Assembly: GCA_016196885.1 (NCBI GenBank)
Contig: JACPWU010000002.1
Location: 30,001 to 62,000 of the forward strand
Direction: 5' to 3'
Length of the DNA: 32,000 bases
Source of the DNA: Chlamydiota bacterium
GTDB lineage: Bacteria; Auribacterota; JACPWU01
Every line of letters begins with the position of its first letter. The first letter of the stretch is position 1. Both the position numbers and the translations under genes were made by a program. This document shows, piece by piece, positions 17,706-25,986 of the stretch. Below the pieces are notes generated by a model. That model saw only the letters and a program-made list of their open reading frames with translations. It had not been told where the DNA came from and did not search any database.

Positions 17706-18989
17706 ATGGACTCTAAAATTCCGAAATATCAGAATCCTTGGTGGGAAAACCCACAGGCCATGCTTGATGACCAGCATCTTCTTGCCATTCGAGGGAAACC
17801 CTACGAATATACCCCATCGCTGGTTTGTGAGACGCCATTTGCTCCAGGGGACATTTTTGTCTTGAGAGGTCCTAGACAGGTTGGGAAGACAACAACCCTT
17901 AAAATGTTTATTCACCGTTTGCTCCAAAAAGAATGTGTCGACCCACACTCTGTTTTTTACTTGAGTTGTGAGGCGATCATTGATTTTAGAGAGTTGATAG
18001 AAGTTCTTTCAGAATATTTTGCGGACCGGAAAGGAAAAAGAACTTACCTCTTCCTGGATGAAATTTCTTTTGTTTCAAAGTGGCAAAGGGCGATTCTTGC
18101 AATTGCAAATCAAGGCTTGATAAATTCTTCAACCCTTGTGTTGACAGGATCCAATGCAAGAGATTTGAGAGAGAGCAGTGAGCGTCTTCCCGGAAGAAGA
18201 GGGAAGGGAAAAGATCTGGAACTTTTTCCGCTGTCTATTCCACAATTGAAAACATTACCCTGTTTTCAAGAGTGTTCGTTCAAGAGGCTTTTAGAGATTT
18301 ATATGCTTGTGGGAGGGTTTCCCAGGGCAATTGCAGACTTTGTCACGCTGGGGGCTGTTACTGACAATACTTATGATATCTATCGTAATTGGATTGTGGG
18401 GGATGCCAGTCGCTATGATTTAAGACAGGAGACATTAAAGCAGATTCTCTTTCGGATTGCCCAAACCATGGGAAGTCGTATCACCTGGCCTAAACTGATT
18501 GAGAATAGCCCTGTCAAAAGCCATGAAACAGCGCTTGAATATGTTGAACATTTGAAAGATGCTTTTCTCTGTCATGTCCATTACTGTTATGACCCCGATC
18601 TAAACGGCCCCTCTTTTCATAAGGCGAGAAAAATCTATTTTATGGATCCTCTTCTTTATGGGGTTGCTGTATGTTGGCGTGAGGGCAGGGTCAATATAGC
18701 CCAGTGGATGAAAGAAACGCTTCAGGATGATTCAGAATACGGCCACATGTTTGAGTCTACTGTGATCAATCACGCGGCAAGAATTTATCCTGAAATTTTC
18801 TTTTGGTACTCTGCCAAAGAGCAAAAAGAGATTGACCTCGTTCTCAAATATTCAGGTGAAACAAGCCTTTATGAAGTCAAGCGATCAGAAGATTCAACGG
18901 TGCTTCGCGCCTTGGGTAGAAACGTCTCTATTCTTCATCCGCAATCGTTCGAGAAATTTCTAACAAATTGTTCAGTGCCTCGTTCTTGA
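17706..18989 (+). CDS. AAA-family ATPase (AAA_14 N-domain plus DUF4143-like C-domain)
   Basis: 427 aa. Walker A LRGPRQVGKTTT, Walker B YLFLDEISF and LVLTGSNARDL. The architecture is typical of DUF4143 ATPases. Confidence 0.7.
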   Translation: MDSKIPKYQNPWWENPQAMLDDQHLLAIRGKPYEYTPSLVCETPFAPGDIFVLRGPRQVGKTTTLKMFIHRLLQKECVDPHSVFYLSCEAIIDFRELIEVLSEYFADRKGKRTYLFLDEISFVSKWQRAILAIANQGLINSSTLVLTGSNARDLRESSERLPGRRGKGKDLELFPLSIPQLKTLPCFQECSFKRLLEIYMLVGGFPRAIADFVTLGAVTDNTYDIYRNWIVGDASRYDLRQETLKQILFRIAQTMGSRITWPKLIENSPVKSHETALEYVEHLKDAFLCHVHYCYDPDLNGPSFHKARKIYFMDPLLYGVAVCWREGRVNIAQWMKETLQDDSEYGHMFESTVINHAARIYPEIFFWYSAKEQKEIDLVLKYSGETSLYEVKRSEDSTVLRALGRNVSILHPQSFEKFLTNCSVPRS

Positions 18990-20435
18990 AGAAAGTTTTT
19001 TAGTTTGCTTAATATCGAACTCATTTTCCGAAATCAAAATGGCGGTCATCCCTCCTTGCTGGGCGACGTTGACGATTTCTCTCTGGGAGGCTCGGCCTAA
19101 AATGCCCAATCCATAAGGAGAATAAATGAAGCCGCAGACGACATTCAAGTTTTTCTCAGTGACTCTTCCTTTTTCATCTAGGATGGGAAATTTTTTCTTT
19201 CTTGTCGCGCATCGTTTTTGAAGAACATAAGAACCTGGATCTCGAATGGCCTTCTCGAGGGCCTTCTCCCAAGTTATTTTTGGAGTCTCGTCCCCCATCA
19301 AAATGCCCATGCCTCCGTAACCGCGATTGGGTTTGAGAACCCATTCATTTCGATGGTGAATCGCATGGGAGATCAGGTCAACCCTTTTTCCATCGGGGTC
19401 TGTCGTTTTTGTCTCTCGCACGAGCCGTGTCCACAAAACATGTTTCTTGAAAATTTTCCTTTCCTCTAAATTGAAGTGGTGTTCAAACTCTGGGTTGCTG
19501 AAAATTTCAAAGGCGCTTTTATGATCGAGTTCTCCGGAGAGTCCTGAAACCACGACATTTTCTTGAAAGGCTTTTCGAATGGCTTTAAGAGGCTTTCCCT
19601 CTTCTTTTTCCATTTCGATGAATTCTTCGAGGGTGCTGTCACGGTAAAGAATGTCTAGGGGCAAATCCTTATACACGATTTCTCCCTTTTTGATTTTGAG
19701 GTCTCGTGGATCTGCAACCACGGCTTCGATTCCTTGGGATTGAAAAAGTTGGGCGAGGTAAAAAAAATCGAGAGGTCCGCCTTTGGTTCGGTCATCTAGG
19801 ATGAGTCCGATGTTACATCGACGCTTGCCCAACATTTTTAAATGGGCTTGAAGTTCCCATAGAAGAATGGAGCGAATGTCATCATTGGGCCGGACTTGAA
19901 GGTTTGGGGCGAGGGGACGTAAGGAGTGGATCACCGTTTCTAAAATAATTCTTTCAGCCGTCGGCGTGTAATGAAGGCCGCCCACCCCTACGCCATTAAC
20001 CTCCAGAAAATGAAAGGCCGCCCGCCAATCTTGTCCACTGAAGTTGGCATTTGCGTCCCAGCGGGTGATGGCGGTACGGGGAGCCTCTCGATTTTGGGGG
20101 AAGTATTGGAGGAACCATTCCTCTTCTTTTTTCTGAAAGGGGAAGAGTTTTTTCACTTTAGGATTTTTGAGATAAAGCCATGACAATTTTTGATAGGCCT
20201 GGTTCATGTGGTAGCATGTCTTTAGAAAAAAGGTGCGTTGGAGAGGTGTGATCAAGCGAGGCCTCATCAGAAGTGGGATCAGGCGGGTAGAGCCGTTTTC
20301 CTCTTCGTACACCATGCCTTTTTTGCGGCTTTCTTTTTGAATTTCTCGAAAAAGTTTTTGAATCTCGTGTTTGTCCAACTTCATGAAGAGCTGATGAATG
20401 GAGTTAGAGAGGGAATAATCGGGCCAAGGACTCAT
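18972..20435 (-). CDS. Circularly permuted ATP-grasp (type-2-like) amidoligase
   Basis: Blocks resemble the CP_ATPgrasp_2 family: STRLIPLLMRPRLITP, RWDANANF...FHFLEVNGVGVGGLHY, EWVLKPNRGYGGMGILMGDE, GILGRASQREIVNVAQQGGMTAILI. I prefer the ATG at 20435 (AAAGGTG RBS). The TTG-extended track start at 20477 runs into a heptamer repeat. Confidence 0.6.
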   Translation of the reverse strand: MSPWPDYSLSNSIHQLFMKLDKHEIQKLFREIQKESRKKGMVYEEENGSTRLIPLLMRPRLITPLQRTFFLKTCYHMNQAYQKLSWLYLKNPKVKKLFPFQKKEEEWFLQYFPQNREAPRTAITRWDANANFSGQDWRAAFHFLEVNGVGVGGLHYTPTAERIILETVIHSLRPLAPNLQVRPNDDIRSILLWELQAHLKMLGKRRCNIGLILDDRTKGGPLDFFYLAQLFQSQGIEAVVADPRDLKIKKGEIVYKDLPLDILYRDSTLEEFIEMEKEEGKPLKAIRKAFQENVVVSGLSGELDHKSAFEIFSNPEFEHHFNLEERKIFKKHVLWTRLVRETKTTDPDGKRVDLISHAIHHRNEWVLKPNRGYGGMGILMGDETPKITWEKALEKAIRDPGSYVLQKRCATRKKKFPILDEKGRVTEKNLNVVCGFIYSPYGLGILGRASQREIVNVAQQGGMTAILISENEFDIKQTKKLSSRTRH

Positions 20436-20452
20436 GAAGCACCTTTTATGAC

Positions 20453-20524
20453 CAGCGGTCAGCGTACAGTTTTGCAAGGAATTGATTTTTTTTCCTGACT
20501 GCTAAACGCTGACCGCTGACCGCT
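20453..20524. repeat. Heptamer-repeat inverted array, AGCGNNC / CTNNACG family
   Basis: cagcggtcagcgt (20453-20465) pairs with acgctgaccgctg (20506-20518). The right arm ctgactg ctaaacg ctgaccg ctgaccg ct has a 7-nt period. Lies in the divergent spacer of the ATP-grasp locus. Confidence 0.7.
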
Positions 20525-20602
20525 TCTTTATTTATGATATTAAAATAAGTCATCAGTTGCTATGATTAAAGGGGAGTCCTTGGGTTAAAGAAAGGAGAAA
20601 TC

Positions 20603-20836
20603 ATGGTTGATACAGATTTGAAAGATGTGAAGGAGATCGTTTCTACTGTGAAAGAGTTGCAGGGAAATATTAAGGATTTAGTGGAGATTTTTTCAAAATT
20701 GCCTTCGGGGAAGCACCGCGGTGTTTCTGGAGATTTAGAATTGACCACGAAAGAAAAAGAAGTCTTGAAATTAATTCAGCGGGAACAAGAGAGGGCAGAT
20801 CAGGTCGTCAATGCCTTGACGCAGGCGATTCGTTAG
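20603..20836 (+). CDS. Hypothetical small charged/coiled-coil protein (77 aa)
   Basis: Strong AAAGGAG RBS 5-6 nt upstream of the ATG, and its own hairpin plus T-run downstream. No recognisable domain. Confidence 0.6.
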   Translation: MVDTDLKDVKEIVSTVKELQGNIKDLVEIFSKLPSGKHRGVSGDLELTTKEKEVLKLIQREQERADQVVNALTQAIR

Positions 20837-20837
20837 A

Positions 20838-20952
20838 CAATGGCCTATTCCCAATGACAAATGACAAATCAATATCCAATGCCCAATGACCTATGGGACA
20901 TTCGTTGTGGGTCATTCATTTGGCATTGGGGATTGGAAATTTGCCATTTTTT
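20838..20952 (+). terminator. Heptamer-repeat inverted array (CCAATGA family) with trailing T-run
   Basis: Left arm acaaatg acaaatc aatatcc aatgccc aatgacc. Right arm gggtcattcatttggcattggggattggaaatttgccatt. aatgacc/ggtcatt and atccaatgcc/ggcattgggGat pair. T6 at 20947-20952. Starts 2 nt after the stop of the 77-aa ORF. Confidence 0.6.
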
Positions 20953-21057
20953 AATTACAAATGAGAAAGGGTCTGATATTCTTAGTTTGAGTGGGCGTTA
21001 AATGATGAGTTTAATGAAGGCCATTTAAAGGAGAGGAAGGATCGTACTTACACGATC

Positions 21058-22083
21058 ATGCGAGTCGGGCTGACATACAATCTCAAAGAAAATGCCAGTC
21101 TAGCAGATGAACATTCTGCAGAATGGGACTTACCTGAAACCATTGACGCCATCGCGAATGCTCTTTCCCGCGAGCATGAGGTCATTTGGGTTTTGGCGGA
21201 TGCCGATGCCTATGAGAAGTTGAGACATTCTCGGGCAGACATCGTGTTCAATGTTGCGGAAGGAAAAGACGGCCCCAATCGAGAAGCACATTTACCTGCC
21301 ATTTTAGAATTCTTGAGAATTCCATACACAGGTTCTGACTCTTTGACTTTGAGTCTTTGTCTCAACAAGGCTCGGACCAAGGAAATTCTTTTCTATCACG
21401 GGATTCCCACACCTGATTTCCAAGTTTTTCACGCCTCCAATGAACCTCTCGTCTTGACCGATTATCCAATGCTGGTGAAGCCGTTATGGGAAGGTTCGAG
21501 CATTGGAATTCATGACAATGTCTGGGTTGAAAATGAGAAGGAACTTCGTTCAAAAATGAAGGGGATCATTGTTCAACATCATCAACCTGCGATTGTTGAA
21601 GAAGCCTTGACGGGAAGAGAGTTCACCGTGGCTCTTTTGGGAAATGGAACTCAGTTGAAGGTGTTGCCTTTGGTTGAAGTGATGTTGGATGCATTGCCCC
21701 ATGAGGCCCATCCGCTTTATTCTTATGAGGCGAAATGGATTTGGGACACCCCTGAAAAGCCTTTGGATATTTTTCATTGTCCGGCCCAGGTGGAGGATGT
21801 TTTAAAGGGAAAAATAGAAGGAATTGCCAAGGCCGCTTTTAGAGCCTTGGGGTGCCGTGATTGGTGCCGGATCGATGTTCGGTTGGACCGAGAGGGAAAT
21901 CCCTCCATCCTAGAGGTGAACCCGCTCCCGGGCATTTTACCCAATCCTCGTCAAAATTCTTGTTTTCCAAAAGCGGCTCGGGCGGCTGGGATGGATTATC
22001 CCGAAATGGTTCTTTCCATTTTGGGGGCGGCGCTGGAGCGCTGTGGAATGTTAGAATCTGTGGGGAGTTCGAAAAGGCGTTAG
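21058..22083 (+). CDS. D-Ala-D-Ala-ligase-like ATP-grasp amidoligase, paralog 1
   Basis: 341 aa. Ddl-family blocks: LNKARTKEILFYHGIPTP, PMLVKPLWEGSSIGI, AIVEEALTGREFTVALLG, YSYEAKW, RIDVRLDREGNPSILEVNPLPG. The substrate cannot be inferred. Confidence 0.75.
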   Translation: MRVGLTYNLKENASLADEHSAEWDLPETIDAIANALSREHEVIWVLADADAYEKLRHSRADIVFNVAEGKDGPNREAHLPAILEFLRIPYTGSDSLTLSLCLNKARTKEILFYHGIPTPDFQVFHASNEPLVLTDYPMLVKPLWEGSSIGIHDNVWVENEKELRSKMKGIIVQHHQPAIVEEALTGREFTVALLGNGTQLKVLPLVEVMLDALPHEAHPLYSYEAKWIWDTPEKPLDIFHCPAQVEDVLKGKIEGIAKAAFRALGCRDWCRIDVRLDREGNPSILEVNPLPGILPNPRQNSCFPKAARAAGMDYPEMVLSILGAALERCGMLESVGSSKRR

Positions 22084-22263
22084 CCCGCATTTCTCATCAG
22101 ATTTCGTCGCGAGAGCGTCGAGTCTGCCTTGGATGCGAGGAAGACGCTCCGTGCCATGCGAGGCATACTTTACAGTATGTTGAGCGTGGCCGACCGAGTC
22201 TGCACGGAGAGACGAGGCGGAATCGGAGAAGAGCAGCAGAAATGTGATGAGAAATGTGGGCTA
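22081..22263. repeat. GC-rich 183-nt structured insert bounded by 19-nt inverted repeats (element A)
   Basis: tagcccgcatttctcatca (22081-22099) against tgatgagaaatgtgggcta (22245-22263), complementary except for one G-T. Internal helices gagcgtc/gacgctc and catact/agtatg. The left repeat starts on the TAG stop of paralog 1. Confidence 0.75.
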
Positions 22264-22265
22264 GC

Positions 22266-23309
22266 ATGAAAAAAATTATCATTCTTTATGATGCCACTCC
22301 AGGCTTCCAGCTAGATCCGGAGGCAAAAAAGGCCTTGGATGTTTTTAGGGATGTTGAAAAAATAGGATGTATTTTGAAAAAACAGGGCTTTCAAATTCAA
22401 ACCTTGGGGTTGGACTTTCCGATCATTCGTAAGATTCAAGAATTGGTAAACACCGATGTGGATTTGGTTTTTAACCTTTGTGAGGGATTGGGGGATGAGA
22501 GTGCCTATGAAATTCATGTGGCCTCTTTGTTAGAATTGATGAAAGTTCCCTTTACAGGATCGGGTTCTCTCAGCCTCGCCTTCTGTCACAACAAGGCGAT
22601 TGCGAAGGCCCTCTTGAATATGCATGGCATGCCGACGCCGAATTATATTTTAGTTGAAGCAGGGGATCCCATCTCTAAACAAGGATTGGAATATCCTTTG
22701 ATTGTGAAGCCAGTACATGAGGACGGGAGTTTTGGAATTGATGAAGATTCAGTGGTGCACCATGATGGGCCCCTGAAGAAAAAGGTTTCTTTTATTCATG
22801 AATTTTTTCGGCAGCCCGCTATTGTGGAAGAATTCATTGATGGCCGAGAGTTTAACGTTTCGATTTTGGGAAATGATCCTTTGGAAATGGTGAAGGTTCG
22901 TGAAATTTGTTTTTCCTCAAGGTACGAGCCTCGCATTGTGAGTTTTGATGCAAAGTGGAAAAAATCAAGCCGTGCCTTTCGCGCCACGAGGCCTTGTCGG
23001 GTGGAGGATCTTCCACAAGGGGTTAAGGAAAAGATGATACAGGTTGCGATTCGATGCCACGAGATTTTTAAAATGAAGGATTATGGACGAATTGATTTTC
23101 GATTGGGGAAAAGCGAGATTCCTTATGTCATTGATTTAAATCCCAATCCCTGTATTTCAGCTGATTCGGGAATGGCCTTGGCAGCCGTTGAGGATGGGAT
23201 TTTATATGAAGAACTTATCGGAAAAATCGCAAGCCTTGCCTTGTCTCGAGAAAATGGGAAAGGTCTTCAGGGTTCGGGAAGCAACTCCATCGGATCGAGA
23301 GAGGATTGA
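22266..23309 (+). CDS. D-Ala-D-Ala-ligase-like ATP-grasp amidoligase, paralog 2
   Basis: About 347 aa. Blocks HNKAIAKALLNMHGMPTP, PLIVKPVHEDGSFGI, AIVEEFIDGREFNVSILG, RIDFRLGKSEIPYVIDLNPNP. Roughly 30% identical to paralog 1 by eye. The alternative ATG at 22254 lies inside the right inverted repeat of element A. Confidence 0.75.
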   Translation: MKKIIILYDATPGFQLDPEAKKALDVFRDVEKIGCILKKQGFQIQTLGLDFPIIRKIQELVNTDVDLVFNLCEGLGDESAYEIHVASLLELMKVPFTGSGSLSLAFCHNKAIAKALLNMHGMPTPNYILVEAGDPISKQGLEYPLIVKPVHEDGSFGIDEDSVVHHDGPLKKKVSFIHEFFRQPAIVEEFIDGREFNVSILGNDPLEMVKVREICFSSRYEPRIVSFDAKWKKSSRAFRATRPCRVEDLPQGVKEKMIQVAIRCHEIFKMKDYGRIDFRLGKSEIPYVIDLNPNPCISADSGMALAAVEDGILYEELIGKIASLALSRENGKGLQGSGSNSIGSRED

Positions 23310-23742
23310 GGAGATTCTCAAGGCGTCAAAAGTTTTTAGCCAAGCCGAGGTTGCTTGTGCCCTTTCTCTTTTCGAGATTTATCTGGAGAGAGGAGGAGCG
23401 GATGAGTATGTTTTTTGCTGTGCCTGCGATGAGGCAGATGTTGTTCAGGGATTGATTTGCTATGGGAAGGCTTCTCTGACGGATGCAGTTTATGATCTTT
23501 ATTGGGTGGTGACGCATCCAGTCCATCAGGGAAGAGGGATCGGGAGCTTGCTCATGGAAGAACTGGACCATCGCCTGAAAATTTTAGAGGCTAGAATGAT
23601 TTTAGCTGAGACTTCTTCGAGGGCTGATTACGAGAAGTCTCGGGCGTTCTACCGTGCCCATGGGTATGAGCTTGTTTCGACGATTCAAGATTATTATGCG
23701 TTGGGAGAAGATTTGGTTGTTTTTGGGAAAAGATATCCTTAA
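23254..23742 (+). CDS. GNAT-family N-acetyltransferase
   Basis: About 162 aa from MGKVFRVREATPSD. Acetyl-CoA motif VTHPVHQGRGIGSLLM (Q/RxxGxG/A). Overlaps paralog 2 by 56 nt. The track start at 23188 would lengthen the overlap. Confidence 0.75.
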   Translation: MGKVFRVREATPSDRERIEEILKASKVFSQAEVACALSLFEIYLERGGADEYVFCCACDEADVVQGLICYGKASLTDAVYDLYWVVTHPVHQGRGIGSLLMEELDHRLKILEARMILAETSSRADYEKSRAFYRAHGYELVSTIQDYYALGEDLVVFGKRYP

Positions 23743-23787
23743 GACTGTTATTCGTACTTCGTTTTAAAAGAAATAAAGGAGGATTTT

Positions 23788-25035
23788 TTGAACAATCGCG
23801 TTCAAGAAATTTTAAAGGCGACATCTCAAGAATGGAACGATTGGCATTGGCAGATGCGTCATCGCATCTTGAGCGTGGACGATTTAGAAAAATTGATTCA
23901 ACTATCTGAAGAAGAAGAAAAAGGAATTGAGTGGGCTTCTCATCAGAGAAGCCTCCCCTTGGCCGTCACCCCTTTTTTTGTCTCTCTGATGGATCCTGAG
24001 AACTTCGATTGCCCGGTTCGAAAACAGGTCATTTGTAGGCAAGAGGAATCCCTGGATGCCCTTTTTGACATGCAGGATCCTTGCGGGGAAGATTCTCACA
24101 GCCCTGTTCCCAATTTGGTGCATCGTTATCCAGACCGGGTGCTTCTGATTGCAACGGATCGTTGTCTTTCTTATTGCAGGTATTGTACGCGCAAGAGAAT
24201 TGTGGGAAGTGGAGAGGTGGGTCTCTCCACAGAGAAATTGGACAAGATTTGCGATTATTTGGAGTGCACACCGCAGGTGAGAGATGTTCTCATTTCAGGG
24301 GGGGATCCTTTGATTCTTTCAGATGAAAGAATTGATTATCTCTTGGGGCGTCTTCGGAAAATCAAGCACTTGGAAATTTTAAGAATTGGAACGCGAGGCC
24401 CTGTTTTTCTTCCGCAGAGGATTACTCCGGACTTGGTCTCTATCTTAAGAAAATACCATCCTTTTATGATGAGCATTCATGTGAATCATCCAAAGGAATT
24501 GGCGCCTGAGGTGTCGCGTGCCTTAGAAATGCTGGCGGATGGAGGGATTCCCTTGGGGAGCCAAACCGTTTTGCTCAAGGGCGTGAATGATGACCCAGAC
24601 GTTGTGATGAAATTGTGCCATGAACTTTTAAAGGTCAGGGTGCGGCCTTATTATCTTTACCAGTGCGATCCTGTCTTTGGGACAGAGCATTTTCGGACCT
24701 CTGTGGATGTGGGGGTGAAGATCATCGAGAAGATGAGGGGCCATACCACTGGTTATGCCGTTCCCACTTTTGTGGTGGATGCCCCCGGAGGGGGAGGGAA
24801 AATTCCTATCTCTCCCAATTATCTGGTTTCCAATGTTCGAGGGAAAACCATTTTGCGCAATTACGAGAATAAAATTTTTGAATATCATGATCCTTTGGAA
24901 ATTGGGGCTAAAAAGAGACGGTCGAGGGCGAAGACATGGACTTCTTTACAAATGACATTGCCTCTTAAAGTAGAATCTTTCACTCCTTCCGAGCCCTTTG
25001 TTCAGCCTAAAAAGGCCAAGAGCGCCATTCGTTAA
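23788..25035 (+). CDS. kamA: KamA-family radical-SAM lysine 2,3-aminomutase
   Basis: 415 aa. Contains NLVHRYPDRVLLIATDRCLSYCRYCTRKR (CxxxCxxC), VRDVLISGGDPL, GSQTVLLKGVNDD and RPYYLYQCD. TTG start with AAGGAGG RBS (23777-23783). Confidence 0.85.
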   Translation: MNNRVQEILKATSQEWNDWHWQMRHRILSVDDLEKLIQLSEEEEKGIEWASHQRSLPLAVTPFFVSLMDPENFDCPVRKQVICRQEESLDALFDMQDPCGEDSHSPVPNLVHRYPDRVLLIATDRCLSYCRYCTRKRIVGSGEVGLSTEKLDKICDYLECTPQVRDVLISGGDPLILSDERIDYLLGRLRKIKHLEILRIGTRGPVFLPQRITPDLVSILRKYHPFMMSIHVNHPKELAPEVSRALEMLADGGIPLGSQTVLLKGVNDDPDVVMKLCHELLKVRVRPYYLYQCDPVFGTEHFRTSVDVGVKIIEKMRGHTTGYAVPTFVVDAPGGGGKIPISPNYLVSNVRGKTILRNYENKIFEYHDPLEIGAKKRRSRAKTWTSLQMTLPLKVESFTPSEPFVQPKKAKSAIR

Positions 25036-25086
25036 ACATTTTCTTCTCGACCTTACCTTCGGATCATCTTGAAAGGGGGGTTTTCT

Positions 25087-25986
25087 GTGCAAAAAATAGA
25101 CTTTGGTATTGCCTGGGAGTGGGAATACGATGGAGATTTTATTCGGCTTTTAGAGGCCGAGTGTGAAAGGCAAGGTTTGAGTGTTTGGGTCGTCCATCCC
25201 AAGAATTTTGATGCGGTTCATGAAAAGATAGAGAGAAAAGAAATTTCTTTGAGTGCCTATTTGGATCGCGCGGGCGATGTCTTGGAGCGCTTTGCCCGAT
25301 TTGCGGAAGGCCTCAGGGCTCAAGGCGCCTGGGTTCTCAATCCATTCTCGCATGTTGAAAGGTCGAGAGACAAGGCCACGATGCATTTAGAATTTCTCAC
25401 CAAGGGTCTTCAAGTTCCTTTTACAGTGATTCTTTCCCCTTATGACAAAGACCCCGAACTGAGGTTCAGCGAACTTGAGAAATTGGGCCGTCCTTTTATC
25501 ATCAAACCTGCTTGTGGGGGAGGAGGCTTGGGCGTGGTGATGGGTGCTGAAAATTTGTTGGATGTAATTGAGGCCCGGAAGGAATACCGCGCCGATAAAT
25601 ATTTGCTTCAGAAGAAGATTATTCCAAAGTGTTTTGGGCTCCGGCGAGCTTGGTTTCGCTCCTTTTATGTGTGTGGGAAGGTCATTTCCTGCTGGTGGAA
25701 TGATGAGACGCATCTCTACGACGTTTTGACGGATGAAGAAAAAGAACTTTATCACTTGGTAAAATTAAAAAATGTGACCCGCTCTATTGCAGAGGTATGC
25801 GAGTTAAATTTTTTTTCAACCGAGATCGCTATTGACGAGGAGGAAAAATTCGTGGTGGTGGATTATGTGAATGAGCCTTGTGACATGAGAATGAAGTCTG
25901 TTCATCGGGATGGTGTTCCAGATGAAGTGGTTCAAGAGATTGTGCAAGCCTTGGTAGAAGGGGTCAAAAAGACAGTTATAAGTTGA
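25087..25986 (+). CDS. ATP-grasp-fold ligase (RimK/GshB-like superfamily, subfamily unclear)
   Basis: About 299 aa. Contains RDKATMHLEFLTKGLQVP, GRPFIIKPACGGGGLGVV, YLLQKKI and VVVDYVNEPCDM. I prefer GTG at 25087, 6-7 nt after AAAGGGGGG. The track start is TTG at 25069. Confidence 0.6.
   Translation: MQKIDFGIAWEWEYDGDFIRLLEAECERQGLSVWVVHPKNFDAVHEKIERKEISLSAYLDRAGDVLERFARFAEGLRAQGAWVLNPFSHVERSRDKATMHLEFLTKGLQVPFTVILSPYDKDPELRFSELEKLGRPFIIKPACGGGGLGVVMGAENLLDVIEARKEYRADKYLLQKKIIPKCFGLRRAWFRSFYVCGKVISCWWNDETHLYDVLTDEEKELYHLVKLKNVTRSIAEVCELNFFSTEIAIDEEEKFVVVDYVNEPCDMRMKSVHRDGVPDEVVQEIVQALVEGVKKTVIS

Noticed and set aside
17706-18989. The AAA/DUF4143 ATPase as part of a defence island.
   Set aside because: It is a single gene with no nuclease, methylase or other defence partner adjacent. 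This family is widespread as stand-alone genes, so there is insufficient evidence.
21861-22282. ORFs 21861..22247 (plus strand) and 22097..22282 (minus strand).
   Set aside because: Both are created by the GC-rich element A and the out-of-frame 3' end of Ddl-like 1. They are Arg/Gly/Ser-rich, have no RBS, and overlap a well-supported gene.
23788-25035. KamA homolog acting as EpmB (YjeK) for EF-P beta-lysylation.
   Set aside because: No efp or epmA (poxA) is nearby. The protein is about 70 aa longer than typical EpmB and sits next to a GNAT, as in abl/kam operons. This needs phylogeny to settle.
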